In this document: in pieces, positions 38,513-47,431 of the stretch
How positions within the stretch are numbered: the first letter of the stretch is position 1
Layout: every line of letters starts with the position of its first letter
From: an uncultured virus (IMG/VR IMGVR_UViG_3300032293_002550)
Taxonomy: Duplodnaviria > Heunggongvirae > Uroviricota > Caudoviricetes
Direction: 5' to 3' (one strand)
IMG/VR virus record: IMGVR_UViG_3300032293_002550
Length of the DNA stretch: 64,000 nt
Notes under the pieces: generated by a model
What the model saw: only the letters and a program-made list of their open reading frames with translations
What the model was told of the DNA's origin: nothing
Databases searched by the model: none
Translations under genes and position numbers: made by a program

Positions 38513-40606
38513 TTATTTTTTGAATCTTTTATCCAATTCTGCTGCGATGTTTTGGAGATAAGCATTACTTACCCCTGTTCTTACCGCATCAGGTTGGATT
38601 GTCTGGGACTCGTTCAACTGCTCTAAGCTAGCTGCAGGTGTATTGAAACCTGGACGGGTTCTCCAGAAGTGGTTGATCTGATAAGGAGTATCTAAATGAT
38701 AAAACTTACTCTGGGCGATAATAGACCCTTTCTGTGATTCATTCAGAGACGCCCAAACAGGTACCAAATCTTCTGGCATCATGTCTAGGAATTTTTCACC
38801 TGATTTAGCTTGTTCAGTTAAAGCAGACCCCATAATTTGAGCTACATCCGTACCCGAATTGTAGTTCGACTCGTTTAGAGCTTTCACGACCTTTTGTTTT
38901 TCGGCCTCGTTCAAAGAAAGGAAACCTTTCTTAGTTCTGTCATCAACTAGCTTCAAGAAAGAATATTTGTTCTCACTAATGAGCTCGTTGGTTTTATTTG
39001 TATTTAGTGACTCAATTAATTGGTCAACTTTGCTTGATAATGAAGTGTAATCACCTGAGAATCCTGAAGTTCTCTTTCCTGTAGAAACTGATTCGTTAAC
39101 TTGTTTCCCGAGATTATCCTGAGCGATTCCTCCTCTGTTGTTAATTGACTCAGCTAAATATTGAGTGTATTCAATTCCAGATTTAACTTTCTCAGCAAGA
39201 TATTCAGAATAGTTAATATTACCATTTAGATTTTCTCCCAAGTAATCTGAGTAAGAGATGTTCTTATCCAAGTTCTCAGCTAGATAATCAGAGTAAGAAA
39301 TGTTTCTGTCTAAATTCTCAGCTAGATATTCAGAGTAAGAAATGTTCTTGTCGAGATTTTCAGCCAAGTATTCCGAATAAGAAATGTTTCTGTCAAGATT
39401 CTCTGCAAGATACTCAGAATAAGAAATGTTCTGATCTAAGTTCTCAGCAAGATATTCAGAGTAAGAGATATTCTTGTCTAGATTTTCAGCCAAGTATTCG
39501 GAATAAGAAATGTTCTTATCCAAGTTTTCAGCCAAATATTTACTGTAAGCAATATTGTTATCTAGGTTTTCTGCAATATACTCGGAATAAGAGATATTCC
39601 CATCAACATGTTCTGCAAGATATTTAGCGTATGAAATAGCCTTGTCCAGATTTTCAGCTAGATATTTATTGTAAGAAATTGATCCTTCCAAGTTCTCAGC
39701 TAAATAATCACCATACTTAATTGAAGACTCCAAATTTTCAGCCAAATACTCAGAATATTTCTCTAGCCTTTTAACTCTTTCCTCTAAATCAGAGCTTCCA
39801 CCAGATCCTCTATTAGCTGATTTTATCTCGTTTCTTAAAGAATTCATTTCCTTCTTAAGGATGAGAGAATATTCGTTTAGTTCTTCTGCAGTGACAAAGT
39901 TATTGTCCATATTCTTAGAATTATTTGTTATGTTTTCTTTTAAAAGTCTGGATATTTTCTCAGAGTCTTTGATTCTATATATCTGCACATTAGAATTTTT
40001 TCTCAATCCAAAGCTTTCATTTATATTAGTAAGAGTGGAAATTATTGAATTTTTTTGCTCGACATTGAAAGATTCGAATCCTAAACTCTCATATAAACTC
40101 TCTTGAACTCTTTCTAATTGTGCATTTTCGAATCCAGGATCTGCCACAAGATCATACGTGAAAATCTTTTTAATCTCCACCTTCTTATCATTGTTTACAT
40201 TTCCAGCTGCTCTCGAAGAAATAGAGATCGGAATACCAGCATCAACAAGACTTTTAGCTATTCTTCCTGCTGGAGTATCCAACAACTTAACTTTGATTTT
40301 CACCAGACGATTGCTCTTGTCATACTCTAAGTCTATGATGATGTGAGAAATATTTTTTAAAGAAACATCAAATTCCTTCGGATGATCTAATTCACCAACA
40401 AGTCTATTCTGGTCAATCTTCTTCTTCAAATAGTCCAAGTGAGGCAAGTATTCTTTCTCTTCGTAAATTCTATGATTAGAATTTTCGACTCCAAATACAG
40501 CCGCTACTCCTTCCAGAAAATACTCTCCATCTTTCTTCATACTAGAAAGATTCTTCGAGGATTTCTCCAAAATCAGGACATAGTCCAGGTTTTTATTGTT
40601 TTCCAT
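38513..40606 (-). CDS. Prohead protease (gp21-like) fused to a repeat-containing scaffold/core domain
   Basis: LEGVAAVFGVENSNHRIY, GELDHP, ISHII, LLDTPAGRIAK, ISSRAAG, YDLVADPGF, then about 15 14-aa repeats. Confidence 0.9.
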   Translation of the reverse strand: MENNKNLDYVLILEKSSKNLSSMKKDGEYFLEGVAAVFGVENSNHRIYEEKEYLPHLDYLKKKIDQNRLVGELDHPKEFDVSLKNISHIIIDLEYDKSNRLVKIKVKLLDTPAGRIAKSLVDAGIPISISSRAAGNVNNDKKVEIKKIFTYDLVADPGFENAQLERVQESLYESLGFESFNVEQKNSIISTLTNINESFGLRKNSNVQIYRIKDSEKISRLLKENITNNSKNMDNNFVTAEELNEYSLILKKEMNSLRNEIKSANRGSGGSSDLEERVKRLEKYSEYLAENLESSIKYGDYLAENLEGSISYNKYLAENLDKAISYAKYLAEHVDGNISYSEYIAENLDNNIAYSKYLAENLDKNISYSEYLAENLDKNISYSEYLAENLDQNISYSEYLAENLDRNISYSEYLAENLDKNISYSEYLAENLDRNISYSDYLAENLDKNISYSDYLGENLNGNINYSEYLAEKVKSGIEYTQYLAESINNRGGIAQDNLGKQVNESVSTGKRTSGFSGDYTSLSSKVDQLIESLNTNKTNELISENKYSFLKLVDDRTKKGFLSLNEAEKQKVVKALNESNYNSGTDVAQIMGSALTEQAKSGEKFLDMMPEDLVPVWASLNESQKGSIIAQSKFYHLDTPYQINHFWRTRPGFNTPAASLEQLNESQTIQPDAVRTGVSNAYLQNIAAELDKRFKK
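39146..39757 (-). repeat. 42-bp tandem repeat, about 15 copies, encoding YSEYLAENLD(K/R/Q)NIS
   Basis: Read directly from the translation. Confidence 0.95.
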
Positions 40607-40630
40607 CTTTTATATATCTACGGCAATAAA

Positions 40631-43180
40631 TTAATCTTCTTCTAAATATTCTTCTTCTACTCCAGAAGTGATCTCTTCCATTCCCTCTGATAGCAATTCC
40701 AAATCCTCCTCAGATATAAAAGTTAAATTCGATTCAAGCTTTCCTTTATTGTCATTAAGCCTTTGCACCGCATCATCACATGCATCTTTAGCCGTTTCAA
40801 AAGTGGCTTCAACTCCACCTTGTGTAGGATCCTTAGTTTTAAAGCTTTTTGGAAATCCTGGAATATCATCCATATCTGTTCCTATATCCTTAAAGAATCC
40901 AGCAACACCTTCGGTGGTTTCTATATCTGAAATGTCTGTTTGTAAGTTATCCCCATCAAATGAAGTGTAGTCTGACTTTATTTTCTCCCAAACCGAAACG
41001 GCCTTACCATTTGATTCTGTAAAAGTACCTCTACAAAGAATGAGAGTAGAATAAATTGCTAGAAGATCCTGAGAAGAAACTGTTCCAGTTAAACTGTTGT
41101 AAATTCCTCTCGCCATCGCTTTCACTGCTATTGGTTCGATATACCCATTATAGACTAATATGGTAACTGGCTTTCTATCGCTTCCTGCCCATTTTCCTAT
41201 AGTTCCACCTCCAATAGCTCCAAGGCTCAAGGTCAATGCCCCTGTTGAACTTGTAACCAGAGCCGCACCTGCAGAGCCAGCTCCTGCTAGTGCTCCAGTT
41301 CCTAGAGCTGCACCTATAGCTGCTCCTCCAGTCATTACTACGGCACCAATAATAATTCCACCTATCAAAGCCCCTTTTGCAAAATCACCCCACCATTGGC
41401 TCCAGCTTTCATCATAGTAAATAGTGTATGCACCATCATTAACTGGTTTAAGTCCTTTCCATTTTGCTTCTTGACCAGTTGTTCCAGACTCTCCTGAAGC
41501 TCCTGATTCTCCTGATGGTCCCGGTACAGGTCCTGTTCCTGCCATACAGGGCAAAACTTTTCCCACAGCCAAGGAATCTTTGATGCACTTATCTTTTAGT
41601 TTCTTTGCTTTGATCTCTGCTTTTGCATCGACTGGTGCCACCGTACTAGGACTAGTCTCTTCTTTCTTCTCTTTGCCTTTAGCCAATCTATCGAGAGGAT
41701 TGTTTTCTTGTAATTTTGCAAAATGAAGAGATTCTTCAATTACAGAGAAGAAATCATCAAATGAAAGAACTGGTGCTCCCTTGATTTCCTCTCTTTCTTG
41801 CAATTTCTCTTGGATGCTCATTTCCCAGTTTTTACTGTCTTTGATTGCCATTCCAAAGATTTCTGGGGATGTATCTATATCACCTTCTGTCAATGCCATA
41901 ATTGCATCATACATAGCTTGGTCAAGGTCTGAAGTCAGAGCTTGTCCTGTTTGCCCAGAAAGATATCCCCAAACAATATTACAAACTGCAGCAGTGCCTT
42001 TTCCGTAAATTTTGTCTGCACCACCTTTCTTTTCTAGATAACTTTTCACAGATGGGATTAGTTCCATCAATTTGTTTTGTACATCACCAACCTGCTCGCA
42101 TTTTTGCCCAATAGTAATGGGAAATTGGCAAGTCTTGACTGGAACTGGAACTGGTGGCTTCTTTTTACCTCCTTGGTCAGTTTGTGATTCTCCATCTTGT
42201 TTTTTCGCAGGAACACAAATTCCTTTAGATGGATCAAAAACTTGACCTGGGGGGCACACAGGAATAACTGGTTCAGGTGTGGTTAATCCCCCTGATTTAA
42301 GAATTCCATCTTTGATTCTTTGATATTCTTTTTTCTGTCTAATAATGTCATTGATCAAAGAGTCTTGCTGTCTCATGTAATCATTCCTCTTAATCTCTCC
42401 AGATGGGGTAACAATGTTTCTTATACCCTTTCTGTCTATCATTTGGAGATCTTGAGCTCTTTTGCTTAAGTTTTGGGCAATCTCCAAATATCTCTTAATA
42501 TCTTCGTTATTCTTTAGTACAGCAACTTGTCTATCTCTATCAATCGTGCCTACAAAAGCATTCGCCGCATCTAATGACTCTTTTGATTTGTTAAATGCTT
42601 TTCCTCTAAACTCAGCATCTTCTACACTTGTTTCCTCACCTGTTCTCTTTGCCTCTTTTACCACCAAGCCTTGTTTTACAACCTCACCAAATAACTTAGG
42701 ATTGGTTTTTTGCATTTGTTTTTCTCTTTCCTTAAGATCTTCCTCAAAGTTAGTAAGAAGTCCTGTTACTGACTCTTTCTTGAGAGCATTGAAGATCTTT
42801 TGATCAGACAAAGAAGGCTCAAGTTGTGAAAAGATTTGAGTCACAAACTCAATATTCTTCTTGTAAGCTTCCTTCTGAGCTAGATCCATGGCTGCCAAAG
42901 AATCCAAGACTGAGATGATGTATTGTCTAAATGACCCAAAGTTGTTGGTCCCTAAGATTTTGTTTTTAACTTCCTGAAAACCCCTTGGAGTTTTAAGATT
43001 TTCCATTTTAGAGTTTAGAAGTATTGTGAAGAAAGTGTTCATCACAGTTGAAATTAAAGACATGGAATCAAGATTCGCTGCCTTCTTATCAGTTCCCTTC
43101 TCTTTGTCTTCCATCATCGAAGACATCATACTTTCGTAAATGGGGTTGTACCCTTTGTAAAGATCTTTCTTGTTATTCAT
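40631..43180 (-). CDS. Large putative internal/ejection protein with a hydrophobic Gly/Ala segment (start reassigned to MNNKKD)
   Basis: PG-binding-like VGDVQNKL...ADKIYGKGT; about 60-aa uncharged GALIGG...AIGGGTIG segment; late motif at 43227-43234. Confidence 0.6.
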   Translation of the reverse strand: MNNKKDLYKGYNPIYESMMSSMMEDKEKGTDKKAANLDSMSLISTVMNTFFTILLNSKMENLKTPRGFQEVKNKILGTNNFGSFRQYIISVLDSLAAMDLAQKEAYKKNIEFVTQIFSQLEPSLSDQKIFNALKKESVTGLLTNFEEDLKEREKQMQKTNPKLFGEVVKQGLVVKEAKRTGEETSVEDAEFRGKAFNKSKESLDAANAFVGTIDRDRQVAVLKNNEDIKRYLEIAQNLSKRAQDLQMIDRKGIRNIVTPSGEIKRNDYMRQQDSLINDIIRQKKEYQRIKDGILKSGGLTTPEPVIPVCPPGQVFDPSKGICVPAKKQDGESQTDQGGKKKPPVPVPVKTCQFPITIGQKCEQVGDVQNKLMELIPSVKSYLEKKGGADKIYGKGTAAVCNIVWGYLSGQTGQALTSDLDQAMYDAIMALTEGDIDTSPEIFGMAIKDSKNWEMSIQEKLQEREEIKGAPVLSFDDFFSVIEESLHFAKLQENNPLDRLAKGKEKKEETSPSTVAPVDAKAEIKAKKLKDKCIKDSLAVGKVLPCMAGTGPVPGPSGESGASGESGTTGQEAKWKGLKPVNDGAYTIYYDESWSQWWGDFAKGALIGGIIIGAVVMTGGAAIGAALGTGALAGAGSAGAALVTSSTGALTLSLGAIGGGTIGKWAGSDRKPVTILVYNGYIEPIAVKAMARGIYNSLTGTVSSQDLLAIYSTLILCRGTFTESNGKAVSVWEKIKSDYTSFDGDNLQTDISDIETTEGVAGFFKDIGTDMDDIPGFPKSFKTKDPTQGGVEATFETAKDACDDAVQRLNDNKGKLESNLTFISEEDLELLSEGMEEITSGVEEEYLEED

Positions 43181-43928
43181 TGTAGATGTTTTTGTAGGCT
43201 TTTGAGATGAGCTCAATTATTTTCTCTATATATCCTTCGTTCCTTAATTTTTTGAATACTAAATTTTCGATAGAAAATTCTCCCTCCCTAGCAAGTCCCT
43301 CAATTCTCATGTTCATAATTTTTGATTTAATCTTTCTTCCGTATTGGTAGATTTCTTTTTCCGACACAGATGAGAAGTTCGCAGAGCTCAGGAGGTTCTC
43401 CATTTCGAGAATCTCAGAAACTATCCCATCGAATTTCTTGTCAACATCATTGTAATCTATTTCTGGGGGATTGAATTTAGGAATCCTGATCCAACTATTA
43501 TTCTTTAATGAGAAGAGACCTGAAGCTGTATGTGGAAAATCAATGTCTTGTATGTAAAGTTCAACATCATGTCCCCTCAAAATCACCTTATTCCTCATGT
43601 TCCAAATTAGTCTTGGACCATCTAAAGCTTTTTTCACGAGATCTAAGTTGTCATCAATCTTCGTAAAATCAATTAATATATGTACATCCAAATCTGACTT
43701 GTCAGTCCAATTATAGTTTGCTAACGATCCTGTTAGTTGAATGTCAGCAATAGGAATATCTAGACTTAGAGTTTTATAGAAGTCTTGTGCTATACTTAGG
43801 AGTTTCTCTCTAATGTCCTGGTCGAACTTGTCACCTGTCCAAAATGAGGGATTGAGTTCTTTCTTGTAAAAATCATCTCTCTCGTTTTTTTCAAGAACCC
43901 AAGTGGAAAACTTTAAAATATTTTTCAA
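43173..43928 (-). CDS. Nucleotidyltransferase (Pol beta superfamily)
   Basis: LTGSLANYNWTDKSDLDVHILID (GS...DxD), VELYIQD. Confidence 0.8.
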   Translation of the reverse strand: MKNILKFSTWVLEKNERDDFYKKELNPSFWTGDKFDQDIREKLLSIAQDFYKTLSLDIPIADIQLTGSLANYNWTDKSDLDVHILIDFTKIDDNLDLVKKALDGPRLIWNMRNKVILRGHDVELYIQDIDFPHTASGLFSLKNNSWIRIPKFNPPEIDYNDVDKKFDGIVSEILEMENLLSSANFSSVSEKEIYQYGRKIKSKIMNMRIEGLAREGEFSIENLVFKKLRNEGYIEKIIELISKAYKNIYNE

Positions 43929-43971
43929 ATTCGGAATTACAACTTCTTATATATTCCAAACTCTAAATCAA

Positions 43972-44673
43972 TTAGGAAGAGACTCTTTTAAAACAATTCA
44001 TGGTACAAAGGACATCTTCTTCACAATAATCCTTGATTTCATCTACCGCCTCTTTTTCCCAGTAAAAATTATGAACTTGAGATCCTTCCATCTTGATCTT
44101 GGAGGATGGCACTTTCAAGACATGTGAGATGAGATCAAGTGAAGAAAATGATTGTCCCCAGGCTCCAAATGAAAAAATCTCCATTAAATCCACGAAAGCC
44201 GTCTCCCACGGTTTCTTGTTCCATGTTTGAATAATTGGATCAGGGACCAATCCATTGATAAGCATTCTCTTTCCTAAATAAGGTAAATCGAAGTTCTTTA
44301 TGTTTTGTCCACCAATTTTGTTTCCCTTAATCCTAGTGTTGGCTAGTACCTTGTTCGCCTTTTCTAGTATCTCTTTCTCATCATCACCATGAAAACTTGT
44401 GATTCTCTCCATGGCAAGGTCAGAAGAAAATACCCCGAAACTCACACAAATAATTTTTCCAAATTCAGGATGGAGACCAGCATTCGAAATCCATAAATCA
44501 TGTGGATCTGTAGATCCACCAAGTTCAACATTTTTCTGTAGCCATTTACATCTTTTGATCCAAAGATACGATAAATGTGGATCCAGATCAGCGCAGGCAC
44601 TTAGTGTTGGATAAGCACCAACTGTTTCGATATCAAGAAAAGTGCAATTTTGAATCAAAGTTTTATCAATCAT
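43972..44673 (-). CDS. DEDD 3'-5' exonuclease (PolB-exonuclease-like)
   Basis: FLDIETV, GQNIKNFDLPYL, YCEEDV. Confidence 0.88.
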   Translation of the reverse strand: MIDKTLIQNCTFLDIETVGAYPTLSACADLDPHLSYLWIKRCKWLQKNVELGGSTDPHDLWISNAGLHPEFGKIICVSFGVFSSDLAMERITSFHGDDEKEILEKANKVLANTRIKGNKIGGQNIKNFDLPYLGKRMLINGLVPDPIIQTWNKKPWETAFVDLMEIFSFGAWGQSFSSLDLISHVLKVPSSKIKMEGSQVHNFYWEKEAVDEIKDYCEEDVLCTMNCFKRVSS

Positions 44674-44689
44674 GATATATAAATGAACT

Positions 44690-44956
44690 ATGGAAAAGTA
44701 CGGTTACAAAAACATTAGCTCGAGGGACGAATTTGAAAAGGCATCCAAAAAAGACACACAAATTCCAAACAAACCTGTCGAGCACAAACACCTCACAAAT
44801 TACGACTTTATTGACATAACTTCCAATGGTAAATGGGGAATGCCAGGCCAAACAAGATATTTTGTCAAAGACATTGATGCTCTTGTTAAAGCTCATGAAT
44901 TTTCCAGCAAACCAGTGATGAAAGAGAGAAAACCCAAAGGATATGTTGGATGGTAA
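44690..44956 (+). CDS. Small hypothetical protein
   Basis: 88 aa; GATATATA at 44674-44681 directly upstream. Confidence 0.6.
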   Translation: MEKYGYKNISSRDEFEKASKKDTQIPNKPVEHKHLTNYDFIDITSNGKWGMPGQTRYFVKDIDALVKAHEFSSKPVMKERKPKGYVGW

Positions 44957-44958
44957 TC

Positions 44959-45708
44959 TCATTCTGGATCAGGAAGAGAATTATCAAAAGCAACATCAAC
45001 AACTAAGTTATATGGGTTTAAATCTTTGATTGTCACCATCTCCTCCTCACTCGAAGGACAATAAAACATGATTGGGTTATCTCTTTCCGCCCATGTTGAA
45101 GCTGCAAGGAAAAAGCTTTCCTTGTAGGTTAGTCCGCCTTGATTGGTCCTATGAGAAGAAGCCCTGAACACAATCGGGATCTTTTTTTCCACATAAGTCA
45201 CAGAAAGAAGATCCTTTACAGAAAAAAGACTTGGTTTCTCATCATTGATCAAACAGATCTTTTTTTGAGTCTTCCATGATAGGCTATCAAAAGCTTTGCA
45301 AAACTCAAACATACTTTTTCTTCTATTCCCTTTTGCCCCACCTATGTGACAAATCAAGGGAATATCAAATTTTCCTCCATCAATTTCGTCGATCAAGTGA
45401 CCAAGCTTAGAAATTTCAACCTTAGCATTCTTCTTGGAAGATGAATCTGTAGAAACTATCGGGTTTTTGCTCTTGAGATAAAAAGCTAACCTTATCTCCA
45501 GGTCTTCTAGAAAATAAAAAAATCTTTCCTTTTCCGCCGGATGGACGTCTAAATTTAGCTCTAAATCCTTTTCTGAAACTTCAATAACAAACATTTTGTA
45601 CCCTAAAGGAATATGACTTTTGATCTGGTCGCATATTCTTCTACACAAAGATGATTCTTTTGAAACTAAGGGTAATCTTAAAACAATTCCACTTCTTGTC
45701 AAGCTCAT
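44959..45708 (-). CDS. UV-damage endonuclease (UvsE/UVDE)-like protein with apparently degenerate active site
   Basis: CHIGGAKG, LINDEK...FSVKDLL, IPIVF, NQGGL, LAASTW follow the UvsE C-terminal motifs. Confidence 0.65.
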   Translation of the reverse strand: MSLTRSGIVLRLPLVSKESSLCRRICDQIKSHIPLGYKMFVIEVSEKDLELNLDVHPAEKERFFYFLEDLEIRLAFYLKSKNPIVSTDSSSKKNAKVEISKLGHLIDEIDGGKFDIPLICHIGGAKGNRRKSMFEFCKAFDSLSWKTQKKICLINDEKPSLFSVKDLLSVTYVEKKIPIVFRASSHRTNQGGLTYKESFFLAASTWAERDNPIMFYCPSSEEEMVTIKDLNPYNLVVDVAFDNSLPDPE

Positions 45709-45741
45709 GTCTTTTATACAGAGCTTAGTAGGAAGAGTTTC

Positions 45742-46551
45742 TTATAGATTGTCGAATTCTGCCAGGGTCATTTTGGGCCAAGCCTCCAACTGGCTGATAG
45801 GCGAGAGATTTGCAACTTTCACACCTTTCTTTTCTAGGGCACTTCTCAAAGCCATAAATTCAGCATCTATAGATTTGATGTGTTTTGATAACTTATGCGA
45901 CCCGGTTTCTTGAAAGAAATGATGGTTCGTAAAATCAACCCCAACTATTCCTATCTTCTTTGCCCCTAATTGGTAAGCTATTATTGCTGCCATATAGGGA
46001 GAATTCATCGTGTGGTCAACTTCCTGAAATTGATCCAATCTAGCTTGATTTCTTTGTCCTATCTTCAATTTGACCAAATGATCCTTTCTCACGATTGGAC
46101 CTGGGTCATCTAAATGTGAAAAGATAACAGGACTTAACGAATCTCTTACCCATTCCCATCGACCTCTCATGAAGGTACGAATCTCGTTCACAACAACTAA
46201 AAAATCAGGTGTAAGAATTCTCTGGATGTCGTTTACACCAACGATGTAGTATTTACTTAAGTCTGTGTCTGAAAACAAGTTTAGAGATGATCCACAGCCT
46301 GCTACTATGAAAGATTTACCTTCATATTTCCCAATGTAGTCAGGAAATAAATTGTTTCCAATATGTTGACTTTTAGGGCTGGTTTTGATTCTTCTTATTG
46401 AAGTGGGTATACTCACAGTTTTGTGATCTTGGTTGTTAAGATAAAGTCTTTCTTGCTCCTTCTTTTGTACCGGAGGATAACCTGTAAAATCAGGATTTCT
46501 TGATTTTTCTCTACTAAATCTTAAAAGATTTCTTTTTCTTTCTATTGACAT
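45742..46551 (-). CDS. Maf/DUF115-like (sialyltransferase-fold) putative glycosyltransferase
   Basis: IVAGCGSSL, VGVND, PDFLVVV, AYQLGAKKIGIVGVDF. Confidence 0.6.
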   Translation of the reverse strand: MSIERKRNLLRFSREKSRNPDFTGYPPVQKKEQERLYLNNQDHKTVSIPTSIRRIKTSPKSQHIGNNLFPDYIGKYEGKSFIVAGCGSSLNLFSDTDLSKYYIVGVNDIQRILTPDFLVVVNEIRTFMRGRWEWVRDSLSPVIFSHLDDPGPIVRKDHLVKLKIGQRNQARLDQFQEVDHTMNSPYMAAIIAYQLGAKKIGIVGVDFTNHHFFQETGSHKLSKHIKSIDAEFMALRSALEKKGVKVANLSPISQLEAWPKMTLAEFDNL

Positions 46552-46552
46552 C

Positions 46553-47431
46553 TTACAAAAATCTATTGATCATAGATTTGGCTTGGTTGTAGTTTAGATC
46601 TTTACACTCTCCATAAGACTTTCCAGTGATTTCAGGAAAGTATTGTACAATCACCTTCTTAGCCTCTGGTTCATTCTTCATATCTAAAAAGATTACCGAC
46701 ATGAGGCTTTTGAGATCCAAGGGATGATTCTTGAGATCTTCGTGATGAGCAAGAAAACATTGAGCTTCTGCCGCCTTGATTATATTTTTAAGCTTTTCCG
46801 TGTTTGGATTCGACAAGCAAGAAATGATTTTTTGTGTGGGATCTACACATATACAACCAAACATGGTTTCACCTTGTGGAAGTTGTTCCACTATCTTTGC
46901 TTTCCAACCAGTACCAAACGGACAATCTATCGTTTCCCCCATCCTATTTCCTACAGGGATAAAGTCTTGAGTTTCTGATTCGAGTGAACCCCAAACAATG
47001 TTACCCCCATTATATTTGGTGTTCTGAGCCATTCTTTCTCTTGCACTTACATTCATGCCCATCACATTCGTGGAATTTCCCCTATCTTCAACAAATTCTA
47101 TTGAACCTGGAACGAGTGTGTGAGTTTTTTTGTCTCTCTCACTTTGTATCTTTATGATGTAAAACTTTCCGTCTTGTGATTTTGAAACATCTATGATCTC
47201 ACCAACAACCTTTTTCTTTCTTCCATTGACATTTCCTTTTACAAAATCCCCTACCCCGAATCTAGAGTCTTTGATCAAAATGCTTGGATCAGGATCCCTG
47301 CCCACAGAAATTGAAAGATCCTGAAATGGTTTGTAGTCAACCTTGAAGACTCCATTCGAGCTGTTAAAGCTATCCCCTGTTAGGGTTTGCGAATAGTATT
47401 CATCTAATGACTTGATTTTTTTCTTACTCAT
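46553..47431 (-). CDS. Hypothetical protein
   Basis: 292 aa; begins KIKSLDEYY; SH3-like FGVGDFVKG segment. Confidence 0.65.
   Translation of the reverse strand: MSKKKIKSLDEYYSQTLTGDSFNSSNGVFKVDYKPFQDLSISVGRDPDPSILIKDSRFGVGDFVKGNVNGRKKKVVGEIIDVSKSQDGKFYIIKIQSERDKKTHTLVPGSIEFVEDRGNSTNVMGMNVSARERMAQNTKYNGGNIVWGSLESETQDFIPVGNRMGETIDCPFGTGWKAKIVEQLPQGETMFGCICVDPTQKIISCLSNPNTEKLKNIIKAAEAQCFLAHHEDLKNHPLDLKSLMSVIFLDMKNEPEAKKVIVQYFPEITGKSYGECKDLNYNQAKSMINRFL

Noticed and set aside
38502..38524. Possible -1 frameshift fusing the protease/scaffold to the capsid protein
   Set aside because: The -1 frame is open across the 11-nt gap, but TTC AAA AAA is not a canonical slippery heptamer and the capsid gene has its own ATG.
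27794..39757. Tandem repeats (18 bp and 42 bp) as possible CRISPR arrays
   Set aside because: No unique spacers; unit lengths are multiples of 3 with synonymous variation, so these are coding repeats.
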